Numbered from the stretch's first letter, positions 37,641-47,859 are shown. The stretch: DNA of 64,000 nt from Candidatus Latescibacterota bacterium (GCA_965198115.1 OZ240241.1:7360001-7424000); one strand, 5' to 3'. The notes: a model not told the origin generated them from the sequence alone. Made by a program: numbers and translations.

Positions 37641-39227
37641 CTATATACCCGAAGGGATGCTGGGTCCCAGGTCTCTTTCCGGGATGCGATGGTAGTTTTT
37701 GCCCATCAGATAGCGGATCTCGAGCTCGACGTCGCGCACTCGGATCTGGGGTGAGATCGCGGTGTCTCTCTTCTCGAGCGTGATTTCGAGGGTGTTTTTG
37801 CCTTTTCTCGGCCAGTGAGCGCGGTCGAGGCGGAAAACGAACCAGTAGCCCGATCCCGTCCGGTAACGCGGGGCGCTCATGCGATACAATTCGTTGATTT
37901 TCCGGAGCAGAGCGTCCGGCAGCTCCTTGCGATTCAGTCGGAACTTCAACCGATCGCGCTCCGTGGTGTTCATGATGCGAATGCGGAGCAGGATCTCGTG
38001 AACGCGGTTCACGCGGTTCCAGCGCGGGAGGTCGTCGCTGGTAGTGATGGGGATCCGGATGGGCATACCGGTCTCCAGAGGCGCAGGTAGGTCCATGCCC
38101 ATACCGGGTTCGAGCGTTGGGTTCGGATAACGACCGGTTTCTGTCGGCACGGTGTAGATCTTGTCTTTGGGCGCCATGACTTCCGGATCGGGGAGCTCCC
38201 GCAGGATCTCGTAAAACTCCGCCTGGTAGGGCCAGTGGTTGAACCAGTGGGCGAGGTAGAATCCATCGACACCCTGCGCCCAATAATTGCACGCGGCCGC
38301 ACGGATCATCTCGATCGAGGCTTCGCAGAGGCGGTCCGAGTCGAGATGGCTCTGGAGGGCGGCGTAGACGCGACAGCCGGTGCCTTCGGCCGCCTCGACG
38401 AGCGGGCGGAAGTCGACGCCCGGGTCGTGCAGTTCGGGCGCGGAGAACTTTTGACCGACGAGCGCGTCGACGATGCCCAACTTGAGCCACTCCCGCACGT
38501 CAAGTCCCACGTCGAAGCAGCCATCGAGACTGGCAGGGATCCGGATGATCAGTTCCCTGTCTTTTCCGCTCTCTTTGAGGGCTCTGTAGACGCGCCGGAT
38601 CCACCCGGTCATGAGTACGCGACCGCGATCGACTTCATCCGGATGGAAGTAGTACGGGTGGTAGTTCATCTGCAGCTCGAAACCATCTATCGTGTATTTC
38701 TTGAGCGTCTCCTCGATCAGGGCGAACCGCTCATCGCGAACGTTTTCGTGCTTGAAGTCGAGGCACGTGAATCCGGGATTCTCCGGATCGAGGTCGCCTT
38801 TCGCGCCGATTTCGAGGTGGGCGTTTTCGAACCGGAAGTCCGAGCAGCGGACATCGGTCTCCCGGTCTCCACGGCCCTGCTGGACGAGGAGCGTGGGATA
38901 GAAGCCCATGCCTTTGTCGTGCGCGCGATCCGCGATGATTCCGAGCGGGTCGTGCCCCTTCCTAATCAAGTTGCTGGCGTTCTGATGGGCCCTGCGGAAG
39001 ATGACGTGGGACCATTTTTTGACATTGTGACCCCAGAGTTCGCCCACCTTCGTGTCGTGTAAAACGGTGCGACCATCACCGAGACAGAACATCAGTGCAT
39101 CGATGGGCGTGCCGATCAGTTCGTCTACTCCCGCCTCGTACTCCTCCTTCTGCATGGGAGGCTCGTACATGTAGATCAGGGGGTGGCGGCCGTCGTGATA
39201 GAACATGAGTTTTGGGGCAGTTTTCAT
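37641..39227 (-). CDS. GHL10-like TIM-barrel putative glycoside hydrolase
   Basis: FYHDGRH, LDFKHENVRDER, IDGFEL, GIVDALV, GVDGFY motifs. Start reassigned to ATG 39227 (GGAG SD). Confidence 0.68.
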   Translation of the reverse strand: MKTAPKLMFYHDGRHPLIYMYEPPMQKEEYEAGVDELIGTPIDALMFCLGDGRTVLHDTKVGELWGHNVKKWSHVIFRRAHQNASNLIRKGHDPLGIIADRAHDKGMGFYPTLLVQQGRGDRETDVRCSDFRFENAHLEIGAKGDLDPENPGFTCLDFKHENVRDERFALIEETLKKYTIDGFELQMNYHPYYFHPDEVDRGRVLMTGWIRRVYRALKESGKDRELIIRIPASLDGCFDVGLDVREWLKLGIVDALVGQKFSAPELHDPGVDFRPLVEAAEGTGCRVYAALQSHLDSDRLCEASIEMIRAAACNYWAQGVDGFYLAHWFNHWPYQAEFYEILRELPDPEVMAPKDKIYTVPTETGRYPNPTLEPGMGMDLPAPLETGMPIRIPITTSDDLPRWNRVNRVHEILLRIRIMNTTERDRLKFRLNRKELPDALLRKINELYRMSAPRYRTGSGYWFVFRLDRAHWPRKGKNTLEITLEKRDTAISPQIRVRDVELEIRYLMGKNYHRIPERDLGPSIPSGI

Positions 39228-39240
39228 GACACGAGTCTCC

Positions 39241-39743
39241 TCACCGCTCACTGAGTAAGCGCACCGTTTCTTTGCCGGGGAAGATCCCACTTAGGGGTGC
39301 GCCAGAAACACGACACGGCATTTCCCACATCTCCGCCTCGCAGAAAGGCAAGTGATCCTCATTCCAAACTCCGGGTTCGAGGCCGTGACTGACACACCTA
39401 TAGATATCATTCATTGAGCCCAGAACCGAGCGGTCTTTGGTCGGTCGAATGAGTACCTGGCGCATGGCGTGGATTTCTGGATCGATTAGCTCGGGTGGAA
39501 GATGTAGCCTCTGAAGTCGATCTTTGACGAGATTTCCCAGGCGATCGGGGAGCGCCCGGACGCTGCGTGCGGGTTCCAAGATAGTGAACAACGAGCGCAT
39601 GCTTGCTAGAAGTAGCAGGGGGCGTCGATCAACAACGATACGATTGACATACCAGTCTCCCAGGGCTGTCTCCGAGACCTGTTCGACATCCGATCGAGGG
39701 GGCAACCTATGCAAAACCTTCCTTGTCGCCCTCAGTACACCAT
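39241..39743 (-). pseudogene. DUF6933-like small protein; probable 1-nt deletion just after the start codon
   Basis: LRATRKVL...LGDWYVN...TKDRSVLGSMND motifs. The nearest ATG (39743) is out of frame (ATG GTG TAC TGA) but becomes MVVLRATRK if one G is restored. Confidence 0.6.
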
Positions 39744-39754
39744 AGTCCGACTCT

Positions 39755-41116
39755 TCAGTCCCCGTCCCGGATCTGCCCTGTTTGCGTCCAGTCGAAAACG
39801 ACGCCGAACAGGCTCGCAGGATCGTCGCGCAGACGGTCGTAGATAGTGGCTGCATCGCTGGCCTTGACGACGTCCTGGATGATGGGGCCGATGCGAAGCT
39901 GCCCTTCCGCAGTCAGCCGGCAGACCTGTTCCAGGTCGCTCCGTGTGAAATGACTGGCCTGTACGATCGTCAACTCGTGGCTTTGTCCGGCGTTGAAGCT
40001 GTAGTCTACGCGCTCACGACCGGCAATAACGGCGATTCTCGAGTTTCGCTTGATGACGCCGCGATTCCAGTCGGGACCGATCACGTGATCGAAGACAGCC
40101 GCGCCTGAATCTTCGAACACCACGTCGAAGGGGCCAGCCTCCCTGATCGGCTCCCAGGAGTCCTCGTTTTTCGTCACCGCGATGGTGCGATGGGCCCCGC
40201 ACGCCTCGGCGACGGCGAGACGCTTTTCGTTCAGATCGCAGATCGTTACGACGGCGCCTGAGAGTCGCGCGGCCTGGGCGGTGAATTGGCCGACGGGTCC
40301 CGCCCCGACGACAAGGACGTTCTCCCCGAGCCTCGTGTCGGCGCGTCGGACGTCGTGCATCGCCACGCTGGCGACACCGAACAGGGCTGCGTGCTTTCGG
40401 TCGATCGTCTCTGGGAGCTTCACGACGAGGTCGTTCTCGAGGGCCGGCGCGGTGAAGAAATCGGAGTGCCGTCGGTGTTGGCCGGCGTAGATCACATCTC
40501 CGCCTTTGAGGTCTTGGACCCCCTCACCGACGGTGATGACCTTACCCACATTCTGGTAGCCCGGCCTCGCGGGCCAGCTTCGACCGTAGTTTCCACCCAC
40601 GAGGGCGTTCCTTTCCGTCCCGTTGGTGAGGCCGGTGTAGATGGATTCGCAGAGAATCATACCGGGCTCACATTCCGGAAAGGGCAGCTCCTGGATCTCC
40701 ATCTTGCCCCTTTCCGGAAACACGAACGCTTTCATCGTCTCAGGCAGCGATGGTGCGTATCGGTGCGACGGCGTCTTTCGCAGCTCCAGAGACGGCAGGT
40801 ACCCTTCTTCTTCGACGTAGTAGTGTCCACGCTCGTGTGATCCGGGTGGTTGAGTGCCGAAGAAGGTGCTGATGGTGAAGTCGTCGGTGTTCTGACCTGT
40901 ATCGGGAAAGCCATCGGTTCCGTGCTCGTAGCCCGCGGGGATCATCCACACATCGCCCGCTTCGAGATCGAACTCCTCACGATCGCCGGAAGGGTCGATC
41001 CAATACGCCGTGCCCTTGCCCTCCAAAATGAGCCACGTTTCGTCGTAGTCGTGGAAATGCTTCTCGCAGGTGGGGAGTTTGAATCCCTTCTTGAGCAGCC
41101 CGTTGTGCAGTGCCAT
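39755..41116 (-). CDS. cupin-domain / MDR dehydrogenase fusion protein
   Basis: N-terminal HFHDYDETW...GYEHG cupin. From ~residue 128, MKAFVFP...GLTNGTER, PGYQNVG, GAGPVG MDR domain. Confidence 0.8.
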   Translation of the reverse strand: MALHNGLLKKGFKLPTCEKHFHDYDETWLILEGKGTAYWIDPSGDREEFDLEAGDVWMIPAGYEHGTDGFPDTGQNTDDFTISTFFGTQPPGSHERGHYYVEEEGYLPSLELRKTPSHRYAPSLPETMKAFVFPERGKMEIQELPFPECEPGMILCESIYTGLTNGTERNALVGGNYGRSWPARPGYQNVGKVITVGEGVQDLKGGDVIYAGQHRRHSDFFTAPALENDLVVKLPETIDRKHAALFGVASVAMHDVRRADTRLGENVLVVGAGPVGQFTAQAARLSGAVVTICDLNEKRLAVAEACGAHRTIAVTKNEDSWEPIREAGPFDVVFEDSGAAVFDHVIGPDWNRGVIKRNSRIAVIAGRERVDYSFNAGQSHELTIVQASHFTRSDLEQVCRLTAEGQLRIGPIIQDVVKASDAATIYDRLRDDPASLFGVVFDWTQTGQIRDGD

Positions 41117-41590
41117 TCAAGCCTCGGAGGGTTTGGACGGTTGAGATGAAAGCGCACGGCGATCGAAAAAGTCGCAGATCTCTTGCCGATTCCGTACTCG
41201 AGCCATCTCTGCAGGCGTCCCGTCGACTTCTGCCCGGATGGTTGAGTCGGCTCCCTGGTCGAGGAGGTATTCGACCACGTCAAGATGTCCCCAGGCCGCC
41301 GCCATGTGAAGAGCCGTTCGCCCGTGTTCGCACTGCCTGTTGATCTCGGCACCTGCCTCAACGAGCAAACGAACAGCAGGGAGCCCGTTCGGCCACGGTC
41401 CCTGCGCGGCGAACCAGAGGGCCGTGTTCCCCCCATCGCCGTTTGGCGCCTGGCCGTTCAGGCTTTCGACGTCAACGCCTTCATCCAGGAGCGCTCGAAC
41501 CTGTTCGACATCCCGCCCACGTGCGGCGGAATGGATGGGATCGAAGCGGGTTTCTACGCTGCCCCAAGGGGCGTCTTTGGGGTCCGTCAT
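41117..41590 (-). CDS. ankyrin-repeat protein
   Basis: PIHSAAR, GNTALWFAA, GRTALHMAAAWGHLDVVEYLL, GTPAEMA repeats. Its stop abuts the next ATG. Confidence 0.9.
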   Translation of the reverse strand: MTDPKDAPWGSVETRFDPIHSAARGRDVEQVRALLDEGVDVESLNGQAPNGDGGNTALWFAAQGPWPNGLPAVRLLVEAGAEINRQCEHGRTALHMAAAWGHLDVVEYLLDQGADSTIRAEVDGTPAEMARVRNRQEICDFFDRRALSSQPSKPSEA

Positions 41591-41597
41591 AAAAAAA

Positions 41598-41622
41598 GTG
41601 TTCGGTGTTCAGTGTTCAGGAA
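41598..41622 (+). repeat. 7-bp tandem repeat x3 + GGAA
   Basis: gtgttcggtgttcagtgttcaggaa, ending 7 nt upstream of the ankyrin ATG. Confidence 0.85.
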
Positions 41623-41647
41623 AAACCCCGGTCCCGATACGGCTGTC

Positions 41648-42541
41648 CTAAGGTTTCTCGCCGCGCTTCAGGCGGGTCTCGATGTCATCGAGGCACGGGA
41701 TCAGATCCGCGATGCTGTCGACGACGTAGTGCGCGCCTCGCTGATACATCGAGGGATAGATGCGGTCGCGGTGTCTCTGTTTCACATCTTCCGGGTAAGC
41801 CTCCCACTCGCCGAGCTGGACGCCGACCTCGTTTCCGGAGATGGCGAGTCCTACAGCCCAGCACCCGGCGTTAAGGCCCTCTTCAATCCCAGTCAACGTG
41901 TCGTCAACCTTCACCACCGCCTGCACGGGGGAAACGTCGAGCTCCACGATGTTTCGCAGAACCATATGCGGGTAGGGACGGCCACGCGGAACGTCACCTG
42001 CACCGAATGTCGCGTCGGGAACGTAGCCCTGTTTCTCCGCGTCGGCCTGGTTGATGGCCAGCATGCCGGGCAGATAGCCGGACGTGGAGCCGACTTTATA
42101 GCGGCGCTTTCGGCATTCGGCGATGACGTCGAGCGTGCCGGGGATGAGCTGCGAATAGTTGGAGAGACAGGCTTCCTGCATCGGGATGAAATCCTCGAAC
42201 ATCCGTTCGACGTCTGCGTCGGTAGGTTCGGACCCGTGTTTGTCGATCCAACGCTGTCGCACGGTCGGGATCTCGCAGATCAGTCCGATGTGGACTCTTT
42301 TGTGGGCGCCCATCGGAATGCGAGCCTCTTCGATGCTGATCGGGACACCTGCCTTTTCGAAGACCTGACGGAAGACGACGGCCGGCGCCATGCATCCAAA
42401 GTCCATCGTCGTACCGGCCCAATCGAGGATGACGGCGCGGATCGGACCGCGGAAGGCGCGATTGTAGGTGAATTCGCGTTCGTGGGTAAACATGGGAGTG
42501 TTCAAGTTTTCGCTTTCTCTCTCTACCAGGGCTGCGGGCAT
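41648..42541 (-). CDS. phnX: phosphonoacetaldehyde hydrolase (phosphonatase, HAD family)
   Basis: DWAGTTMDFGCMAP, PMGAHKRVHI (Schiff-base Lys), GRPYP, VKVDDT..GIEEGLNAG, AISGNE motifs. The start may instead be ATG 42493. Confidence 0.92.
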   Translation of the reverse strand: MPAALVERESENLNTPMFTHEREFTYNRAFRGPIRAVILDWAGTTMDFGCMAPAVVFRQVFEKAGVPISIEEARIPMGAHKRVHIGLICEIPTVRQRWIDKHGSEPTDADVERMFEDFIPMQEACLSNYSQLIPGTLDVIAECRKRRYKVGSTSGYLPGMLAINQADAEKQGYVPDATFGAGDVPRGRPYPHMVLRNIVELDVSPVQAVVKVDDTLTGIEEGLNAGCWAVGLAISGNEVGVQLGEWEAYPEDVKQRHRDRIYPSMYQRGAHYVVDSIADLIPCLDDIETRLKRGEKP

Positions 42542-42771
42542 ACGGTCGGTGCTATACAGGTTGTAAGTAGACCCCGCTCAACAGACGCGTGCTCAACCCG
42601 CACCGGTTTCGTACTGGCTGATGGCCAGTAATGGTGACAACCGTCTTTTCCGAGTTCATCTCCACTTTCCTCGGTATGATGTTTTACACGGTTGGAAATC
42701 CCAATCCTACACGATCCGCTCGAGCGGAGAAGCTGAGATCGAAGAGTACTGCGAGCTTCTCGGGCGGAAAC

Positions 42772-42821
42772 CTCGTTCCCAGGCCTGTCCTGAGCTTGTC
42801 GAAGGGCCCTGCCAGGAACGC
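42772..42821. repeat. REP-like palindrome with a second REP nested in its loop
   Basis: ctcgttcccagg[cctgtcctgagcttgtcgaaggg]ccctgccaggaacgc; empty counterpart at 26351-26378. Confidence 0.75.
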
Positions 42822-42832
42822 TCCTTTGACGT

Positions 42833-43723
42833 CTATACCTCGGGCGTGAGCATGATCTCGCCGGATCGGTGGCGGATCATTTCTCTGGTCGCCACCGTGG
42901 CGTGGATCATGTCCCACTCGCTGATCTCGATGCAGGGGACCGTTTCAACACCGGCCCGGACGAAGCCCTCCGCGTACTGAGTACGGGCGCGCCAGCCCTG
43001 ACCTCCTGCACCGGTCTCCACGCGTACCCGAGCAAACGCCTCGTCCTGCCCCTGGCTGGCGAACAGCGCTTCAGCCCGGAACCGTTGCTCCCGCCACCTG
43101 GAGATGTCGACGTAGAAATCGACATGATCGGGCGAGACGTCGACACCGAGGTAATAGGTGGCGGCGATGATGTGCGCCTGTCTTTGATTTTCGTAATCGG
43201 GGGTCGAGGCCGGCCTGACGCGAGCTTCTAGCGCGGCGACGGCCGTTTCGCGATGATCGTTGATGATGGCGACACCCAGACCGTGGTTGGAGATTCCGGC
43301 TGGCGAGACGGTGCCTGGCGAGTGGGTGATCATGACGTGAGGTCTGACATCGCGGATGATGTCTTCTAGCGCTTCGACAGCTTCTGGCGACCGTGATAGA
43401 CGAAACGGTTCCGGAAAGGGGAGGATTCGGATGTCGGTGACATCGAACAGCGCACAGACTTTCTGGAACTCCTCCGCTTTCTGGGCGGCGTAGGTTTCCG
43501 GCGTCTGCTTCATGATCTCCGGATCCCGTTCGGCCTCGGGTTTACGGAGTTCATCCATGAACGCTTCGTTGTGTTTTCGTCCGCCATCGGTCATGACGAC
43601 GACCGTCACCGAGTCACCCATCTGCCTGTGGATTCCGCATGTTCCGGAACAATGCGTGAAGTCGTGAGGATGGGCGATGACCACGAGGAACCTGAGCGGA
43701 TCTCGATCGGGTTTGCGAGCCAT
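42833..43723 (-). CDS. PIG-L/LmbE family deacetylase
   Basis: VVIAHPHD, MTDGG, IRDVRPHVMITH, NDHR, VDIS, SQ, YAEGF motifs. Confidence 0.8.
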   Translation of the reverse strand: MARKPDRDPLRFLVVIAHPHDFTHCSGTCGIHRQMGDSVTVVVMTDGGRKHNEAFMDELRKPEAERDPEIMKQTPETYAAQKAEEFQKVCALFDVTDIRILPFPEPFRLSRSPEAVEALEDIIRDVRPHVMITHSPGTVSPAGISNHGLGVAIINDHRETAVAALEARVRPASTPDYENQRQAHIIAATYYLGVDVSPDHVDFYVDISRWREQRFRAEALFASQGQDEAFARVRVETGAGGQGWRARTQYAEGFVRAGVETVPCIEISEWDMIHATVATREMIRHRSGEIMLTPEV

Positions 43724-44343
43724 GCGGATCTCCTGACGGATGAATGATCAGCTGGGAACCAGATAGCGGAGATGATAGGCGTTTCGAAAACCGAGTCGTT
43801 CGTAGAGGCGTCGGGCGCCGCTGTTCGATTGGCTGACGAGGAGAAACGCGGTCTGAGCACCAGCCTCGTGACCGACGTTCAACAGGCCCCGAATGAGTTG
43901 CGTCCCCAGGCCGTGCCCGCGAAGGTCTTCAACGGTGAACAGTTCCGCAAGCTGATAAAGATCATCCTGTTGGACGGCGCGGCCCGAAGAGGTCTCTCGC
44001 CCATCGCTCAGGATTGTTGCGTACCACGTCGGCAGCGTGACACGTGATAAAGATGCGTGCTTCGCCTCAGTCGCGATCGGGTCCGAGTCAGGATCGATCC
44101 GTCTGACCAGATCCGCCCAGCCATCGAGATCGATTTCGGTCACGCTATCGTCGGTGGGGTCTGTGATGTCGCGGACCATGATGATATTTGGATTGACGGT
44201 TTCGTAGCCGCGCTCGGTGAGGTAGGATTCAATGACTTTATTTTCATCCAAGTCGGTCAACCTGAAGTTGCAGGGAAGACCACGTTCCGCGTAGATACGT
44301 TGGCAGGCATCGATCCTGGACTCGAGAGCATCCGGCGGTGCGC

Positions 44344-45640
44344 TTAGGGTTTGCCACGAAATAAGTGCTGCACTTTTCAAGGTAATGATCTTACGCTCGG
44401 AGTGTGGACGTCGAAACTCTCCGAACGAAGTATGAAGCCTTGGCTCCGGTGCTGACGGAACGCACGCGTCGTCTGTGGGCCGCCACGGAAGCCGAAGCGT
44501 TGGGTCACGGTGGGATCGCGATTGTGGCTCTGGCGACAGGAATGTCCAGAGAGCGGATCTTTCGTGGCATTCAGGAGTTGAGGTCGGACGAACCTTTGGA
44601 CCCGGCTCGCATCCGGCGTCCAGGCGGCGGTCGTAAGCGGAAGGCCGACACGGACCCGACGCTGTGGCAGGACCTGAATGATCTGGTCGAGCCAACGACT
44701 GCGGGGTCGCCTGACGACAATCCTCTGAGATGGACATCGAAGAGCACTCGCAAACTGGCCGCCGAGTTGCAAGCGATGGGGCATTCGGTGAGCCCCAGGA
44801 TCGTTGCCAATCTCCTGCACGAACACGATTACACGCTGCAGGCGAATCGGAAGACAAGGGAGGGATCTGCACACCCGGATCGGGACGCTCAGTTCGTTTA
44901 CCTCGATGATCGGATTAGCCAGCAGCAGCAGGGCCTTCCCGTTATCTCGGTGGACACCAAGAAGAAAGAGTTGATCGGCGACTTCAAGAATCCTGGCCGA
45001 GAATGGCGACCCAAGGGAGACCCGGAGCGTGTGAAGGTACACGATTTCATAGTGCCTGCTCAGGGCAAGGCGATCCCTTATGGAGTGTATGATCTGAGCC
45101 GTGATGAAGGCTGGGTAAGTGTCGGTATCGATCACGACACGGCCAGCTTCGCCGTGAATGCGATCCGAAGTTGGTGGAAGAACATGGGACGGCCCGCCTA
45201 CGGCACTTCGACGCATCTGCTAATCACGGCGGACGCAGGCGGCAGCAACGGCGCCAAGACGCGGCTGTGGAAGTGGGAGCTGCAGCGCTTTGCGAATCGC
45301 ACTGGCCTGACGATCACCGTATGCCACTACCCTCCTGGCACTAGTAAGTGGAACAAGATCGAACATCGCCTGTTCTCCTTCATCGCTATGAACTGGCGAG
45401 GCAAGCCCCTGGTCAGCCTGGCTGCAACCGTGAATCTCATTGCCGGAACGACCACTCAAGCCGGTCTCCGAGTACGCTCCGAGATCGACAAGCGACCCTA
45501 CCCTAACGGGGTCAAGGTGACCGATGAACAGATGACCCAAATCGATCTCACTCCGCACGATTTCCACGGCGACTGGAACTACACGATCCGGCCAATGGCT
45601 CAACATTGAGATCGACCGTTTATTTATTCGCGAACCCTAA
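44344..45640 (+). mobile_element. ISAzo13-family insertion sequence, copy 2
   Basis: Same ends as copy 1; 1297 bp. Confidence 0.93.
44404..45609 (+). CDS. ISAzo13-family DDE transposase
   Basis: 401 aa; differs from copy 1 by one Q indel and two substitutions. Confidence 0.95.
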   Translation: MDVETLRTKYEALAPVLTERTRRLWAATEAEALGHGGIAIVALATGMSRERIFRGIQELRSDEPLDPARIRRPGGGRKRKADTDPTLWQDLNDLVEPTTAGSPDDNPLRWTSKSTRKLAAELQAMGHSVSPRIVANLLHEHDYTLQANRKTREGSAHPDRDAQFVYLDDRISQQQQGLPVISVDTKKKELIGDFKNPGREWRPKGDPERVKVHDFIVPAQGKAIPYGVYDLSRDEGWVSVGIDHDTASFAVNAIRSWWKNMGRPAYGTSTHLLITADAGGSNGAKTRLWKWELQRFANRTGLTITVCHYPPGTSKWNKIEHRLFSFIAMNWRGKPLVSLAATVNLIAGTTTQAGLRVRSEIDKRPYPNGVKVTDEQMTQIDLTPHDFHGDWNYTIRPMAQH

Positions 45641-45846
45641 GCGGCCAGACGGCGTTGGTGTTCCGGCTCTGGCCGGCGGTGAAGCGGAACAGCCAGCCCT
45701 CATCGATGTGGCTCTCCTCAGCGGGGAGCATGTCGGCCGTGGCCATTTCGAGGCGGGGGATGTCGATTTGAGACAAGGGTTCCACCTTCGGTCGAGAGGG
45801 AAGAGGTCAGACGAAGCGAGCGTGTCTGGGTAGACCGGCTCCGTCG

Positions 45847-47859
45847 TCAGGGGTCGCAGTGGATCTCGTGGCCTTCGCCGGGAAACCAGAAGATGTCCGC
45901 GATGACGCCGAGGGTCACGCCGGCCACGTATCCCATGATCATCCCAAGGAACCAAGGCGCATAGTGCCGGTACCGTTCCAGGCCACCGATTTTCATGATG
46001 ATGGATTTGACGCCCCAGATCAGGAAGAGACTGAAGGCATTGTCCTGCATCTCCACCATGGCGCAGATCGTGAAGCCGATTGGGTGGATCGGGAAGTTGA
46101 GGAAGCGGTAGCGTAGATAATAGAGACCTGAGATGAACACACCCCCGCCACCCATAAACAGAACACGGTTCCAGTCCGTGAGGGCGGTGCCTTCGGAGAT
46201 GCGGGAAACGGCGAGTCGACTGAAGCCGGCCCCGTTGAGCGATCCGATTCCCTTGAACGTCGTACGACCGAAGTTGGCACTGCCGACGCCGTAGTAACCC
46301 TGATAGATCGTAAAAGCGACGACGGCCGCTGCTCCAAGGAAACATCCCGCGAGGACGGTCGGGGCAAGAGCTTTACGACTTCGCTTGGCCATGGCCATGC
46401 TGAGTCTGGGCACGTGCGCCATCTGCGTGCAGGCGAATGTTTTGCCGTCGGCGACGAGACTCATGGTGAGTGTCAGGATGGAGGCCCCCGCCGGGCCCAA
46501 ACCACCTGGGCCAAACGCGTGCCAGGTAAAGCCCTGAGCGGTGAGAGGCACGCGCAGGTAGACGAGACCACTTTCGACGACGATGCGGGACATGCCGATG
46601 AAGAGGACAAGCATGGCGAAACACCACGCGAGGATCGGACCCGCTCCCATGCCTGCACTGTAGAGCCAGAGGAAGACGAATGCCGCACAGACGATCAGCA
46701 GGCGAGCAGAGGTCTTGTAGGACATGAGCTCGTCGGAATCGTCCACCGAGTCATCGCCGAGAAACGCCTTGCGAAAGATATCTCTGAAATGTGCCCGTGC
46801 GATCCAGAAGCCCCACAGCACGAACACGGCCATTCCCCCGAAAGTCATCCAACCCATGGCAGGATGGCTCGAGCTGTAGGGGTCGTTCTCACCGAGATCC
46901 AGGCCGAAGCGGTTCATAATTCCGACGATGACGATCTGAACGACGTGGAAGAACCAGAGGCTGAACAGAACCTCAAGCTTGCAGAAGTATCCCAGGCAGA
47001 AAGTGAGAAGTACGAATGTGGTTACAATCGCGGGAAAGCCGGGAGCAACCGCGAGCACGTGTCGGCCGTAGCGTCCGGCAAGGAACGGGAACATCGGGAT
47101 GTTGACGGTAAACCAGGTAAAGACATTCCAGGCGATGATGAGGAAGGTGATCGCAAAAGCCATCTGGAACAGCCGGTTCTTGACGAGTGTCCTCAAGGTT
47201 GCCGTCGTGCCCGAGACACCCGTGAGCTCCAGGAGCGCGATGGCCACGGGGAATGACAGCTTCTCGTATTCCATCCACTGCTTTCGAAGCAAAACGCTTA
47301 GAGACAGGTTGATAATGAGGATCGATCCGATGAACAGTCCCCACCAGGTCAGGACCGAGAACCACTCTCCCCAGGGGAACAGCGTGCCGGGAGACAATCC
47401 CTCGTAGAATCCGCGTACGGCTTCGCGATCCGTGATCGTTGCCCAGCTGGGCATGTGAGGGAGCAGGAGCTCGTCGAATCGGTTCTCAGGCGATGCGTAG
47501 TAAGCCGGCATCGTGAGCATCTGGAGAAACCAGACGGTGAGCCATTCGCCCTGCATCGTGGAAGCGACGAGGCCGATCGAACAGATCGTGAGCAGTTCGG
47601 TGGGTGAGAAGCCGAGACCCCGTCGCTCGAGAAAGGCGTTGATCACAAGCAGCGCCACGAAGGGCACGAGCATGGCCATCGAAAGGTGGGAGTGGTCGGC
47701 TCGGGTAGAGTGAACGACGAAGCTGGTATACGTCGGCCAGAGGGGCATGAAAACGGCAAGCCCCAATCCGATGAAGAGGGATCTCTTGGTTATCAGGGAC
47801 GCACCTTCGACGCGTCCCGTGGTCGGATCTGAGACCAGCGGCCTCGGGTCAGCGGACAA
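45847..47859 (-). CDS. large polytopic membrane protein, DUF6785/DUF6784-like (putative transporter)
   Basis: 670 aa with many TM segments; KQWMEYEKLSFP, RIVVESG, IHPIGF motifs. Clear paralog of 17569-19500. Confidence 0.72.
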   Translation of the reverse strand: MSADPRPLVSDPTTGRVEGASLITKRSLFIGLGLAVFMPLWPTYTSFVVHSTRADHSHLSMAMLVPFVALLVINAFLERRGLGFSPTELLTICSIGLVASTMQGEWLTVWFLQMLTMPAYYASPENRFDELLLPHMPSWATITDREAVRGFYEGLSPGTLFPWGEWFSVLTWWGLFIGSILIINLSLSVLLRKQWMEYEKLSFPVAIALLELTGVSGTTATLRTLVKNRLFQMAFAITFLIIAWNVFTWFTVNIPMFPFLAGRYGRHVLAVAPGFPAIVTTFVLLTFCLGYFCKLEVLFSLWFFHVVQIVIVGIMNRFGLDLGENDPYSSSHPAMGWMTFGGMAVFVLWGFWIARAHFRDIFRKAFLGDDSVDDSDELMSYKTSARLLIVCAAFVFLWLYSAGMGAGPILAWCFAMLVLFIGMSRIVVESGLVYLRVPLTAQGFTWHAFGPGGLGPAGASILTLTMSLVADGKTFACTQMAHVPRLSMAMAKRSRKALAPTVLAGCFLGAAAVVAFTIYQGYYGVGSANFGRTTFKGIGSLNGAGFSRLAVSRISEGTALTDWNRVLFMGGGGVFISGLYYLRYRFLNFPIHPIGFTICAMVEMQDNAFSLFLIWGVKSIIMKIGGLERYRHYAPWFLGMIMGYVAGVTLGVIADIFWFPGEGHEIHCDP

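Larger units (their letters stand above)
43748..45776 (-). pseudogene. GNAT-family acetyltransferase interrupted by ISAzo13 copy 2
   Basis: 5' part 45776-45641 (TTG; SQIDIPRLE...GWLFRFTAGQSRNTNAVWP) plus 3' part 44343-43748 (SAPPDALE...LRGHGLG...ARRLYERLGF) rejoin in frame (735 nt) when the IS is removed leaving 3 nt. Confidence 0.88.
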
